Of a stretch of DNA of 64,000 nt, positions 1-13,400 are shown in pieces. Position 1 is the stretch's first letter, and the number at the start of each line of letters is the position of its first letter. The position numbers and the translations under genes were made by a program. The notes under the pieces were generated by a model. It made no database searches. It had not been told where the DNA came from and saw only the letters and a list, made by a program, of their open reading frames with translations. The stretch comes from Camelus dromedarius (Eukaryota): contig NC_087437.1 in assembly GCF_036321535.1 (NCBI RefSeq), positions 31,126,001 to 31,190,000 of the forward strand. Reading direction: 5' to 3'.

Positions 1-1169
1 TGCCGTTCACAGGATGATTCAGGCTCACTTTAGGAATGTTTGACAACCAGAACCATTTCTACTTAGCAACGAGAGAATGAGAGCAGATCAAACAATTTTA
101 TTTGGTGAAATGAGATTAAAACAGGTACCAAGAAGAGCGACAAAGAGAAAAAGAAATTCCCAAACCAGTTAGTTTCTTTTGGCCTTGGAATTTGCTCTTT
201 AGCGCCAAAGTTTTAAAATAACACAGACCAAGAGTTGTGTATCAGAGTAAGGACGGATTGTTAGCTTGGAGGTCTGGCTTAGGTTAGAAGGTATAATGGC
301 CTCTAAGATTTTTGTCTAATACCAGTTGGCAAAACTCCCAGTTTCCTTAGACCTGCCATACTGAATCCTTGACCAGTTCTTTGATCAGGGCTGGGAGTGT
401 CCTGTCTTGCAACCTTCAGCATGGGAACAGGGTTGATCATCATGACTTCCTATTCCTTAGGGTTTCCTGGTCCAACTTGACCTTTGGAACACCTCTCCTC
501 TTTGAGAAGTGTGTGGGACTCCTCTCTGATGCCTGCCCTTGCTGATGTCCTCTCTCACCGAAGTGCTCCCCAGGACTTGCTCTCTATCCTGTGAATAGGG
601 CTGCATCTCTGCCTCAGCTTGGCTTTCTCCGAAGCACAGCTGGAGCAGTGTGCAGTTAAAAATATCAACGTCTTGAGAGATTAGGAGGGGCGTTGGTTAG
701 GGGGGAGCAGAAAGTCTGTTCATTAAGAGCTTTTAAATTTCCAAACGCCCCTTCTGAGTCATTAACACATTTGGCTAAGAACATCTCTGACAACTCAGAG
801 AGAGATAGAGAGAGGTGTTCCTGTGTTGTACTCTGAGTGTGTTATGAGTGTTCATGTTAATAAGGAAGAGAAAAAAATACTTGCCCATGCTGATGATGAG
901 CTGAATTCCATGCTGTGAGCAAAAAGAACAAAATGTTAATTCTGGGTAAGTCAGCTGTCCGAGGAGCCTGTGTTCTGACCACCTGCCCTGTTCCCACAAT
1001 GGGCACTAATTAGCCAGCACTCTTACTATTTAGAGACATGCTATACACACAAGGCAAGCCAGAGTTTCCATAGTGAAGCCTCACTCACTCCTACCAATTG
1101 GAAGTGACAACTAATGGGACTTAACAAGAAATCTCAGCTCTGGAGTGTTTATTTCAGATGTATGCTTTT

Positions 1170-2079
1170 TAAAATTTTTTTTATTGATTTATAATCATTT
1201 TACAATGTTGTATCAAATTCCAGTGTACAGCACAATTTTTCAGTCATACATGAACATATATATATTCATTGTCACATTTTTTTCTCTGTGAGCTACCATA
1301 AGATCTTGTGTACCTTTCCCTGTGCTATACAGTATTATCTTGTTTATCTATTCTACAATTCTGAAATCCCGTCTATCCCTTCCCACCCTCTGCCCCCTTG
1401 GCAACCCCAAGTTTGTATTCTATGTCTATGAGTCTATTTCTGTTTTGTATTTATGTTTTTGTTTTTGTTTTTGTTTTTTTTTTTAGGCTCCACATATGAG
1501 TGATCTCATAAGGTATTTTCTTTCTCTTTCTGGCTTACTTCACTTAGAATGACATTCTCCAGGAGCATCTATGTTGCTGCAAATGGCATTATGTTGTCGG
1601 TTTTTATGGTTGAGTAGTATTCCATTGTATAAATATACCACATCTTCTGTATCCAGTCATCCGTTGATGGACATTTAGGCTGTCTCCATGTCTTGGCTAT
1701 TGTAAATAGTGCTGCTATGAACATCGGGGTGCAGGTGTCATCCTGAAGTAGGGTTCCTTCTGGATATATGCCCAGGAGTGGGATGACTGGGTCATATAGT
1801 AAGTCTATTCCTAGTCTTTTGAGAAATCTCCATACTGTTTTCCACAGTGGCTGCACCAAACTGCATTCCCACCAGCAGTGTAGGAGGGTTCCCCTTTCTC
1901 CACAGCCTCTCCAGCATTTGCCATTTGTGGACTTTTGAATGATGGCCATTCTGACTGGTGTGAGGTGATACCTCATCATAGTTTAGATTTGCATTTCTCT
2001 GATAATTAGTGATATTGAGCATCTTTTCATGTGCCTATTGATCATTTGTATGTCTTCCTTGGAGAATTGCTTGTTTAGG
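1170..2079 (-). mobile_element. 5'-truncated young LINE-1 (ORF2 C-terminus, 3' UTR, poly-A)
   Basis: ORF 1569-1979 gives [28 protein letters not shown] (ORF2 cysteine-rich domain). T-rich tail on the left. TSD tcagatgtatg(c/g)tttt at 1154-1169 and 2080-2095. Confidence 0.95.
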
Positions 2080-5054
2080 TCAGATGTATGGTTTTCAAGA
2101 ATACACAGGAAAAAAAATGCATAACAAGCAGGTATTCTCCCAGCCCGTGTCTTCATGAATGATCATCCACTGTTGTTCACGTATTCAGTGCTAAAAGAGG
2201 AATACATTTTATGTTTCAAAAACTTGAAAATTTTTTCATTTATTTAAAAAAAATTTTTTAAGAAATGGTCAAATGGAGAAGTAAATTTGTACACAATAAC
2301 ATTTAGAGGTGATAAGTGTCATAATCAGAGTGTGCATGATATTAATAGTACACAGAAGAGACACAGTTTAGATTGGAAATTGAGGCAAGAGCCAGGAAAG
2401 GCTTCTGGAAGGAATGTGGAAGTTGAACTGGAGTTGGACTGAGATGAGCACTGGAGGCAGCACAAATAGCATGTGCAAAGGTACAGTGGCAGGGAAATAG
2501 ACTGCACTCATGCTAATGAGTATCTTGTTTAAGGTTTATTCAGAATGATGAAGAATGCTCTCTTTGGGGAGATAGATTCTGAGGGGCTTCTTCATGTGTC
2601 AATGCTTATACTAATTAATAAGCCAACATCCAAGTCAATAAATGTTAGTATAAGAGCAGACCTTTTGAGAATAAAATGGACTGTGCAGATTTTTCCTGAT
2701 AAATGTTATGGTTTTGACAAAAATATGGTTTAAACAAAATATAGACTGCATGCATTTCTGTTCATGTTCACACAGATGCTTTCTGGAATGTGGGCATATA
2801 AATATTCCATACCAGGTCACAAAATTTCTGGAAAATTCCATAATGAGGCATAATGAAGCATATTGTGGAGGGGGAGGGGGTGCTGACAAGCATGCTCCTT
2901 ATTGGTGTGTGAGCAAACCTGTAAAATTCATTTTGAAGAGTTTATTCTCTTGTCAAGGTGAAGCAGCCCCACCATCTTGTTCATGCCTTCTTCTTGGATC
3001 AGGAACAGATTTCAGGCTAAGTTTGAATGTCTGCAGGTTTCATGCTTTGTTTTCACACTGTTCTGGATTATAATCCCCCCTCCCCTCCTTCTATGCAGGG
3101 AGCAGGGTTGCATTTGTGGTACAGAATATTTTGGTGTTCCCCCTAGGTTCTGTCTATCAGAATTTTCTAGAGGTCAGAGGGCTAGAGGAGATGGACAGTG
3201 TTGGTCCAGCCTGCACTAGGGAAGCAGGAGGCTATAATGCCCAACATTTATAATTATTCATCCACTCACCTGAGAGACAGTTATTGATCACACTGCGTGG
3301 CAGGCACTATGCTAGGAGCAGCCATGCCAGCTAAAACAGCACCCCACCCATCACCAAACCGCATCCAGAGACGGTCCTACAATCACAGGAGTAGGTAGCA
3401 GCACTGGAACTGAAAGCCGTGTCTTCTGAGTCCAGACTCTGTGCTTTTTCTCTCCCCATGGTGTCCTGGTAAGTGAGCTGTGGACTGGCCTCCGCAGGTG
3501 CGTGCATCTGGGAGACTGCTGTCAGTCTCCCTCGGCTACTTGCTGCCCTTCTGGAAACTTCCCTTCCATTTTAAGTTCCCTTTATTTTCTACCTGCTCAA
3601 AGAGGACATGAGGTGGAGAAACGAGTGGGTGGTTGCCTCCATGTATGATTTTTCTACAAGGTTTGGTCCAGGAAGCAGGGTGGAACAAATGCAAAGCAGA
3701 GATTTCAAAGATTAAGAAAAAAGGAAAGAAAAACTCCTCTGTGAGGGATAATGAAATCTGAGCCATCAAGCTGTATTTGATGTCCTACGAGGGAAGATCT
3801 GAGACGGTCCTCGGTGCGAGTGTGGGCAGCGAGGAAAGGGGTGCAGCAGGTGCCAAGAACAAGAGCACCGATTAGTCAGGGACAAGAATCACGTCACAGA
3901 ACCGGAAGCTGTACTTCTTAACATCTTATTCTTGTTTCTAGAGGACGATATCACGGGGAGAATGAGGAAGGGTCACAAAATGAATTAATGATTAGAAATT
4001 GTCTTCAGGGCTGGCTTACGGCCTGATGCTTTTTGACAAATTATTACTTTCCTATTTGTTGAGTATCCACAATGATTAATATTTGGAATTTGCAAGCAGA
4101 CATTACTTTTAGACATGGCATCAATGCAGTGAGTTGGATGTCTGGACAATCAGTGGTGGGTTCTTCTGGATCTCATCAGAAAGTCCAGACAGATCCCTTT
4201 CAGGCCTAGTGCCATGGACTTAGTCCGTCAACTTCATAACCCCGGGGACTATGCTCACCCACACACACAGGGTGATCAGTTAAGCACTGCTGTGGAAAAG
4301 ACATTCAGACAGGAGTTAGCTATCATGTTATGCTCCGGTGAAGACTGAGATGGATGATGCAGTAATGGTAAAATAAGTTGGTTTATTTACCCACGGCCGA
4401 CAGACTTTCTCACCTCGATGCTTCTCATACTTCTGTGGTAATGACTCAAAGGAAATGAATGACTCCAGGAGACTCAGGAGTACGTCTGCATCCATGTGAC
4501 AATCCCAGATGGTTCCAGGCCTGTGGCAGGTTGCCCAGTGGAGCAGCAGTGGAGAAGGAGTAGGCTCAGCAAGAGATGTTTACAGGAAGACGCTCTGAGG
4601 GGGCACTGGGCCGGGATCGGAGGAAGAGGCTGGGCTCTCAGGTCCAAACGGGGAGGAAAATCAAGCCAGAGAGGGTGGCACTGATAAACACAGCTGCCCA
4701 GGGAGCCTCATCCTCCAGATTCCAGGGACCCAATGATAATGGCAAGGGCTTTTTTTTTTCTGGGGGGAAAGGACACCTCGTAAGGGAACTTCATGACCCC
4801 CAACCATGTTAGTTCTTGAGAGTCAAGTATCTTCCTGGTTCCAAGTAATCATGGTAACTTATTCCACAAAAGTGGATGAAGGAGAGAGGGTCATGCGGTG
4901 AACAGAGCCTGTGGCAGTGCTGTGGAAGAGGCAGTGCAGTCTTCAAATTTTTCTAATCTTTTCCAGGGATCACTTTATTTTATTGACCTCCCTAGGAGAC
5001 TTGAAAAAGACATTAAAAAGAAATTTTTTAATGACTAAAAAATGATATTTCTCC

Positions 5055-5715
5055 TTCAGTCATTCAACAATCAGCAGCTAATTATGAAACCCCTACTATA
5101 CGCAGGCACTAGGCCAAGATTTAGAGAGACCCACAGACTGACGGGAGTGCTCGCGGAGCTGACCGTCTAGTTGGGGGACGCAGTGCGAGACAAAAGGAAG
5201 TAACTGGTTGTAAATCTGCACCCACCTAGGTGGCAAAGGATAATGCAAACGCGTTACTCATAGAGGGTCTTGCAAAGCAGTCTGGCCTAATTGAGCTTCC
5301 ATCTACAGGGTGGGCATAGAGGTGAGGGGAGGACTCCAAGCAGAAGGACCAGTAGGGATGCAGGCCTATGATGGGGGTGGGGGGAGTCTGGGGAGGAAAG
5401 GGCTCTGAAAGTGTGAGTCACATGGAGAGGGCAAGAGGGAAGGACATAAGAGGTGCCACTCAGAGGCCGACAAGGATCAGACCATGGGGCTTTCTGGACA
5501 GTGTCGAGTTGTCACTGTATTAGCAGAGCAGTGGGGAGCAGTGGGAAGGCTCTTTAGAAACAGAGAGTGATGTTTCAAAATATAAATACTCCAACTGCCA
5601 GTTTGAGAATGGATTTAGTGGAGCAAGTGGGGAAGAAGGGAGCTCAAGGCCAGATTTCAAAGCTACTTAGCAACTAAAACCAGCTGGATTTGGGGATGGG
5701 CTGAATGTGGGGTGA
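5055..5715 (-). mobile_element. LINE-2 fragment
   Basis: cattcaacaa..ctactatacgcaggcactagg terminus, followed by a purine-rich degraded L2 body. Confidence 0.6.
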
Positions 5716-6529
5716 GGGGTAGGGAGCTGTCCTCCTGCAGTCCTGTGCTGTATTCTCTTAGTTACCCAAGTAAAGCACTTAGGGTCTTATCGGTCTAGTC
5801 AGCTGGATGATCCTGCCAAGGCTGTGATATACCTAAACATCTGCACAGCCTGGGGCAGGGTGGTGGGGGTGAAGGACACAGGAGGTGGTCCACTTGCTTC
5901 CTCACAGGCTGGGGCAGGTTGGGGAAACTCTTGCCTTTGTTTTGGCAAATCTGATAATACATAAGACACACCCCTTGTCCACTCCCACCCAACATTAAAA
6001 AAAAAATGAAGCCTCATTAAAAATCAAAGTTCTCAAACTTTCCTATTATCGCCCTCATTGTTGGGAGATGGAGAGATTTTTGTCAGCTCGAAGCAAAGGG
6101 TTACTTGCTCAAGTGGCCTCAGGGCAGGGCATCCGTGTAAGTGATTCCAGCCCCACCACGGGGTGTATAGACTTGTGAATGGCAGCAGGATGGAATGATT
6201 TCATGAGCACTCACAGTTTGATTCAAGCCAAACTCGAATTTCTCAACAGCTCAGATCCAGGTGTATTTTCCCAGTGGATGTGAGAAATAAAGGTTGAAAC
6301 ATTCATTCTTGTCACCTGGGGATAGTGGGATCGGTGTGTTTGCACCAAACACAGCAGGGTGTCACACACCATTAGCAGGTTCTTAACAACTCCAGTCTTT
6401 CAGAGAAGGCAGGCTTCTCTGGAAATATCTATTCCTCTACCTGCCTCTGGTGTTACTCTTTCTTTAAACTCATTACCCATCAGTTAAGAGGCAATCATAA
6501 TTATTCTAAGAGTAATAAAATCATACTTG

Positions 6530-6725
6530 TTCTCATTTCTGAGTGCAAACTCTATGACAGGTGGTACACTAAGCACACTTTCTACATTATCTCAATTAAT
6601 CTTTATGATAACTTAGAGCAGTAGGGACTGTTAGCCTGCCTTTGAAATGAGGTAAGTGAGGCTGCGAGAGGTTGGGTAACTGACAGAATGGAGATAGTCA
6701 ATGGCAGAGGTGAGAGTTAAACAAA
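6530..6725 (-). mobile_element. MIR SINE
   Basis: ctaagcacacttt..attatctcaattaatc..atgaggtaagtgaggct..gttgggtaact core. Confidence 0.65.
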
Positions 6726-7109
6726 TCCCTTGCCCTTGACCTTGATACTGAGCAAGTCATCCGTGGTGGCAAGTTGGTCTGTGGCCCACAGTCAGTACCC
6801 AATTCATTCAACATTTAATGACTACTTGCTATGTGCCAAGTACCATGATCAGTGTGAGGATCACAAGGTGGATAGAATGAGTTTCTTCTTTGATGGGGTT
6901 TAAAGTCTGTTGGAAAGGCAAACCTAGATGTCCACCTAATACAAGACCCATGAAATTAAATTCTGCCTTGGAGGTCAGGTGGAGGTTATGGGAGCACAGA
7001 GGTGGCAGATGTAAATTATGATGCGGGTGGGATGGAAGAGACCAGGAAACGTTTAGGGGAGGTGCCATCTTTTCAGCTGCATCTTGAAAGACCAGCAACC
7101 ATTTAGCAG

Positions 7110-7680
7110 ATCGTGGAGACCGCTGGAGGAGCTCATCGCGGGGTTGCGACCTCCGGTTGACCCACCAGCTGGACCCGGGCAAACGAGGCCCCTCGCCCTC
7201 CTCTGCCTGTGCAATGTACATCCCGCCCTTCATTCCCGCGGTGGGAGTCATTTCAAGGGTGCAGCCTCCAGAGACAAAGCGGGTGTTGAGACCACCTGGA
7301 CAGAAGCCATGACTGAACCCCGTTAAGGGCTCTATAGAAACTTTTAAGATTTTGGCGGGCAGGTGCGGAAATCTACCCGTGTTGCGGCGCCCAAGACAAG
7401 CCTCGTACTTTAGTTCCTTGTTGGTTAGAACTGCCACCTGCTAGTCTGGAGTGGCTGCCTCTTCCGTCTGCGGTCGGCGGTGTTCGTTCGGGAGCAGTCT
7501 GCAAACCTGCAGAGGAGGAAGGGGCGTCCCACACCCGTGCAGCGCTGATCGAGGGCCTCGAGGTGAGAGGGGGGCCTGGCGGGCTCGGCTCCAGGACCCG
7601 CAGCCTTGCGCATCACAGGCTTCTGGCGCGGGGGGAGGGGGAGCCGGAGAGCGCCTGTCGCTGGTCCTCTGCGAGGAACT
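7110..7680. promoter_or_regulatory. CpG-rich promoter-like island with candidate non-coding first exon
   Basis: Dense CpGs. Motifs: TTTGGCGGG (E2F-like, 7351), CTCF-like CTGCCACCTGCTAG (7431-7444), CTTCCG (ETS, 7461), TGCGCA (7607), and donor GAG|GTGAGA (GT at 7563). Confidence 0.55.
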
Positions 7681-10376
7681 AGGATGGATTCTATAAAATC
7701 GCTGACATTTGACCATTTTGACTTACAAAAATGACAGTTTCATAAGGTACAGCCTAATACGTTTTGGGCGTTTGCTTCCGATTCTGAAAAAGCCTTTGTA
7801 TACAGCCTGTGGGTTGTATACACTTTGGAGGCCCTGGGAAGTATTATTGGTGTCTAATGACTGTTTTGAATATCTTAGTTTGGCCAATCAGGCAATGAAA
7901 TAAAATGTTATCTATTTTAGGCTGGAACTTGATTAACTCAGGATGGTAAGCCCAGCCTCTTCATGGAGATCAGAGGTGCTGATTAGTTGTTGCTGAAATC
8001 AGAAATGTCTGGTATCTGAGGGTGGGGATGGTGAATAGAGAATGAAGATTAAAGAAGGGCTTGATGCTAAAAACTAGGGGCTGATGCAGACAGCCACCGA
8101 GAGCAGCATGGACACACAAACCACTTTTCCCAGCAGCCTTGGGTGTCGGGGGCTTGTGCTTGCATCTCTTCTTCCACAGACTGCTTCTGAGGATCTAGAT
8201 ACTTCATGAACAGTCCTAGGCTCGGGGGATCCGGCTGGATTTAAGCCGGGTATATTTGGGTATCTGGTTCTTGGATTTTAGGGGCAAAAACAGAATCAAT
8301 AGCAGATGATTAAACTCTTGTGCAGGAAGAATGTCTAGTGCCGACCCCGTTCATGAACGTGGTAGAGTCATCTCTCCATGTGAAGGCAGGGTGTGATGGG
8401 GGAGAGAGGAGTAGGATCTGATGTGGGCCGACAGTGCCAGACACTGGGCTTTTGGCTTGATTTTCTTTTAGTCCTCCCCACCTCTGTGCACATGAGGTGA
8501 GGTTAACAGATGTGGAAATTGACCTTGAGAGAAATTGAGAAAATTGCTGGGGGTCACCCATCTGGAAGGTAGTAGAGCAGGGGTTTTAACCCAGATCTGT
8601 TTGTCTTCAAAGCCTTAGTTCTTTTCGTCAGCTTTCTTAACAAGAAGCGATTTTAGGTTTTGCCTGACAATCCTGGAGGATCAAATGCTGATTTGTCCAG
8701 GGGCTTATTTTCTTTCCAGCCAGAATGGAACTAGAATAGTATAATCATAACTATTCTGTTGACAATGGCAATGCAGGCTGTACAGACAGAATTAGAGTGT
8801 CAAGGCCAGGAGGCTGACATCTGCCAAAGGCATGAAAACAGCATTTCAAACCCAAGGTAATGATGCAGCAGCCTTCCTGCAAGTCGAACAGATTCCACAA
8901 GGATTAACATGTTAAGAGAAAGTACAAAGATACTGCTTAGAGTCAGCAAGCATAATGAGAATTTGGTCCCTGTTTTAATGAATTTGTAGAAGTTGCAACC
9001 CAGAGGTCGTGCTATTAAGTTGAGTGACGTAAATTACTTTGGCTTCTCTGTTCCACATATGTTAAAATGATGACAAAAGTTTATATGGCTTAAAGCTGCA
9101 TGTTGTATTATGTTTTGAGGTATATAATCAGGAAATTAGAAAAAATATGCAAAGAATCCCACTTTCTTAGTTTTAAAAATGACTCTCTGCAGACTTGAGT
9201 AGAAAGGGCTTGTCTCAATGAGTCCATTCATCCTGAAAAGATTTTTGTTCTTTTTAAAAGTCCTTGAATTTCCACCATAGTTTAGTGTGAGCAAAGAAAC
9301 CAGCAACTCTTCCCTTTGTTGGAGCCAGGGATGTGGAGTATAGAGCTGGTTTTCTTCTTATTTAAAAAAATGCATGAGTCCTGGATCTGCTTTAGTATTT
9401 ATTATTGATACAAAAAGGGAGATCATCATTCAATACACCTGCTCCTTCCTCCAGGGGATGACAAGACCCTGTATCTGTGGCTTTGAAACAGACCTGTCAT
9501 AATGCCCCGTCAGATAGGCATTTGTCAGGGAGTTGTGTCCCTCCAGTTGTCTGGTGTTGACTCTGGGGCTAGGTGGGAAAGCTTTATCTCCAAAAGCTGG
9601 TAAACAGCCTTCTGTGCTTTGGGGGTGATCCTTTCCTCCCAGATTCAGGAAACACCCAGAAGCCAAGCCCAGACTGCTTGGGGCTCTTCTTCTCTCTTGT
9701 GTAAGCAGTAAGCACCATTAATGGCTGCCCATCTTGATTAATTCTGTGCACAATGATCAAGAGAGCATTTTGACTTTGGGGCAAATCAAACCGTGGTGGA
9801 CTATGTGACACAGACATGAGGACAAACATTTACTAAAAGAGAAAAGCCCAGAGCTTGAAGCTGGCAGGGATTGCATAGAAATAAAAGCATATAAACAATG
9901 AATTCTAATATAGATAAAAATGCCACAGGGATGATCGAGTCCTTCTGGGTTCGTCTATTCTGTAAGTTTTAATGGTTTCTAAAATTTGAGTACCCCTTGG
10001 TTACAATGTTAAAAAATATTATCCATTAGGTCTTTGTGTGAACAGCATAAAGCCATTAATCCGCTGGTCAGTAGCTCATGCAAAGGAAAGGGTCTTTTTT
10101 ATTCTTTTACAACGTGAAACTTATTTGGCTTTAGTGCTGAAATGACTGGCCATTTGTAAGAATATAACTAACTTCAAGGAAAATGGCAAAGGGCATTGTT
10201 CTCAAAGGTATTAAATAGGCTCTAAAAATTTGACTCAGAGAAGAAAAAATGTGCTTGGAATATATCCATACCACGGATGCAGTAAAGTATGACAGTTCTG
10301 AGAGGATGGAAAAGACTTTCTCACCAATTTCAGTCAGACTTGTCTTTTCTCATGATGTTCTTGCCTAGAATGGGAA

Positions 10377-10389
10377 ATATATATATATA

Positions 10390-10421
<32 letters not shown>
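10377..10421. repeat. Compound (TA)n(TG)n(TA)n microsatellite
   Basis: Direct reading. Confidence 0.95.
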
Positions 10422-13400
10422 GCATATAAAAATATATTTATTCTTATATTTACATTACTTTCAACTTAGCATATGATTCGTGTTGATTTGACAGTAAGTC
10501 ACATGGGAAAGATGGGCATTATCATTTAATTCTAGGAAAGAAGGAAAGTGAGACTCAGAGGAGTTAGGAGATCTGCTCCGGATCATGCAGTTAGTAAATA
10601 GACATGCTTGAACATGAACCCTGGTCACGCTGACATCAAATGATTCTTCTCTTTATGTGAAGGGAGCAGGGTCCCCCTTAGCCATTTTCACTGCAGACCC
10701 CAGCACCTCCCTTCCAGGGCGCCATCCCCGTTCAGGGCCTTCTCCGCAAAGCTGTGCTTAAGGCGGGGCAGCGCTTGAACGGTGCTTTTCTGCCCGGACA
10801 CGGCGTTCCCCTCCAGCCCTTCTGTCATGTCAATAGTTTAAAGTCTGAAAGAGACACCAAGTCAGCACCTGGTGTGGGAAGCGCCGTCTGCACATTGGCA
10901 GTGGCCTCCGAGAGACGCAGGGAAGGGGCAGGACGCAGCTGTAAACTTGCCTTCTCGTTGCATAAATTGAAACGAAACATCAGAGAGACCTCTCCCTGAA
11001 GGCTCTGCACAGTCATTTCCTGGCCCGAAGTGGTGTGATGCCACTGCTCTGTTCCTTCCTTGGCCTGCTCCTCGTGTCCTGATGGAGCCCCAGCCCCTCG
11101 GCAGTTGCTGTGTTGGTGAGAAGGCAGACGGGGCGCCTGCCCATGGGGTGGAAGGAGAGAAGCCAGTGCTGGGTGCAAGGGGAGGCAGCTAAAACCTTGT
11201 GGGTCACAGAAATCTCTCGTCCCCAGTGCTATCATGGCTTCGAACAGGGCAGCAGCACTTGATGGTTTTGCCCCATCTCGGCTGCAACGTTCTCCTCAAG
11301 CGTTTCTGGAAGCCCCGGGAACGTGTCTCATGGGTGGCCATAAACCAACCTGGTTGGCCCTCACATCACATCTGCTGTTTCTTCCCTCTCCTCGCCAGTC
11401 TGCCTCTTCTGAGCTCTTTGTATCCCATGAAAACCAGTGCTCACATGTTAGGCCAAGAGGTGGGGAGGCCTCTTCCTGTGGCCCTCAGCTGGAGGGCCTC
11501 CAGCGGCTTGCAGAGTTTCCAGAGAAGTGGCTTGTTCAGGCTTCATTCCTGGTTCTCCTTCCCCCAGATCCAGGCTAGAGTCAGATGTAAGATGGGCCAG
11601 AGGAAAACCTCAGTGCCAGCCACTCTGTGGCCCTCAGAATTGCCCTCCCCTTCCGACCACCATCATTTCTCTTTCCACTTGAGTGAGTTTTCTGTCCGTG
11701 CCGACACTCCCTGTCAGAGGCCGGTCACTTCCTCACGTCAGGACTCCTGGGAAGCCCACCCATGGGTTTCGCCACCAGCCTGAACCCCAGCAGGTGGGCA
11801 GGGCCGTGCGGAGAGGGTGCCATGCCAGCAGGGAGTTTGGGGAGAGGGCCCTGGGTGGTACCCTACAAGATCTCTCCAGCCTTCCTGTGGAAGGAAGGCT
11901 CTGGAGGGCTCAGCCCTGGACACAGTCTCTTTGAGGGAGAGGCTCTTGAAACCCTGTTTACCAAGGAACAGTATACTTCTTCTGTCTATGGTTAGAGATA
12001 AAAAGTGTGGCATGATTATGTGGGTGGGGCTTGTTAACGTTAAGCAGATCATTCCAAGGGTGGTCCCACTGGGATTTCTTTTTAGGAGAATCCTGGGTGT
12101 TGGTCATTTTAGGTCTTTGCTCTTGACTGGTGACATTCCCCAGTGAATTTTTTCCAGTCTTTTTGTGGGGAGCGAAGGTCTGGGAAAGAGGGCTGGGCAG
12201 TCTAGGCCTACATTATGCAGGCCTGCACTCTCTCCCTTTTCTGTATGGTACTCTTGCCCTCAGCTGTCTATAGTGCTCCCTGTCCAGGGATCCCAAATTT
12301 CACCCTTTCTAGAGATAAACCTCTGGTCTCTTTCTGGGGTTGGATGGGAGAGAGAACAGCTGCCAGGTCACAGACAGTCAGGGAGGGACGTGTTACCCAG
12401 CTTTGGTCTGTGTTCCTCATTTTATTCCCCCACTCACCCCACTCCCTGAGGGGCCTAGGGCCACCGTTTTGTGAACCATTTAGGATTCTAGACTGTAAAT
12501 CAAGTGTTTCTTGGCCTCCCTACAGCCAGCTGAGGAGACATCTTTCAGAATTGCTGTCAGTTCTTATACTTTGCACTGCTTCCCAGCCTCCAAAATTTTA
12601 TTATTGTGGTTTCCTTTTCTCTTTTCCCCATCCTTGTGGGTGTATGCATTTTTGGAAAAAAGCACTTTACTGTAGATTTAGTGAGGTTTCAGGAGGGAAT
12701 AAAATTCAGTATGTGTGTTTAAGCCACCCTCTTTACCCGTATGCCCCTGTGTGAAGGCTTCAGGCCATGGATGTGACATGAGCTGATTTAGGTTTTGAAA
12801 CATCATTTCTCTGCTGTTGTTGGAGAATGGCTTGGAGAAGAGCAAGGTGGGACCATTTGCTACCATCTGTACTAGAAGTGACAAGGATGTGGCCAGGCAG
12901 ATGCAGGAGAGACAGGGAGAAATGCATGGCTTTACATCATGTTTTGTGTGTACAAACGGAGGACTTGCTGATGGTGAGGAGTGAGGGAGAGGGAGGAACA
13001 AGGGTGAGCGCTACAGTTTTTGCTTGAGCAGTTGAACACCTGAAGGTGTTATTTCCCAAGATGGAGAAAGTTGGGAGATAGACATTTCATATTAGAGACA
13101 AATATTCAGTTGTTTCATGGCTGCTCAGAGGTCTTTGTAGTCCTGAGCTCCAAAGAGTATTGTACAACGAGAAAGCAATTTTTATACTGTTTTATTTCCT
13201 GGCTGTTTGTTTTTATGATGGTAGATTATAAGTGCTTAAGTAGCAGAAGAATAAAAGGACTGAATTGGTATTGGCATATTGCCAAATGCTACTTTAAGTA
13301 AATGTTCCTGTTGGCTGCTTATCGCCCCTGGTAATGCTGTGCATTGTGAAGAGACATGGGTTTTAATGTAGGAGCGAATCTAAAAAATCACAGAATCTAA

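Noticed and set aside
5222..5233. Palindrome CCACCTAGGTGG as a CTCF site
   Set aside because: Several mismatches to the core motif, and it lies in an old L2. A 12-bp palindrome is expected by chance in 64 kb.
6829..7437. 202-aa minus-strand ORF, the longest non-L1 ORF
   Set aside because: GTG start, no recognisable domain, and it runs from GC-rich DNA into L2-like repeat sequence. Best explained as chance.
11199..12754. Several overlapping ORFs of 100-194 aa
   Set aside because: Open on both strands in GC-rich DNA, with no recognisable protein and no exon structure.
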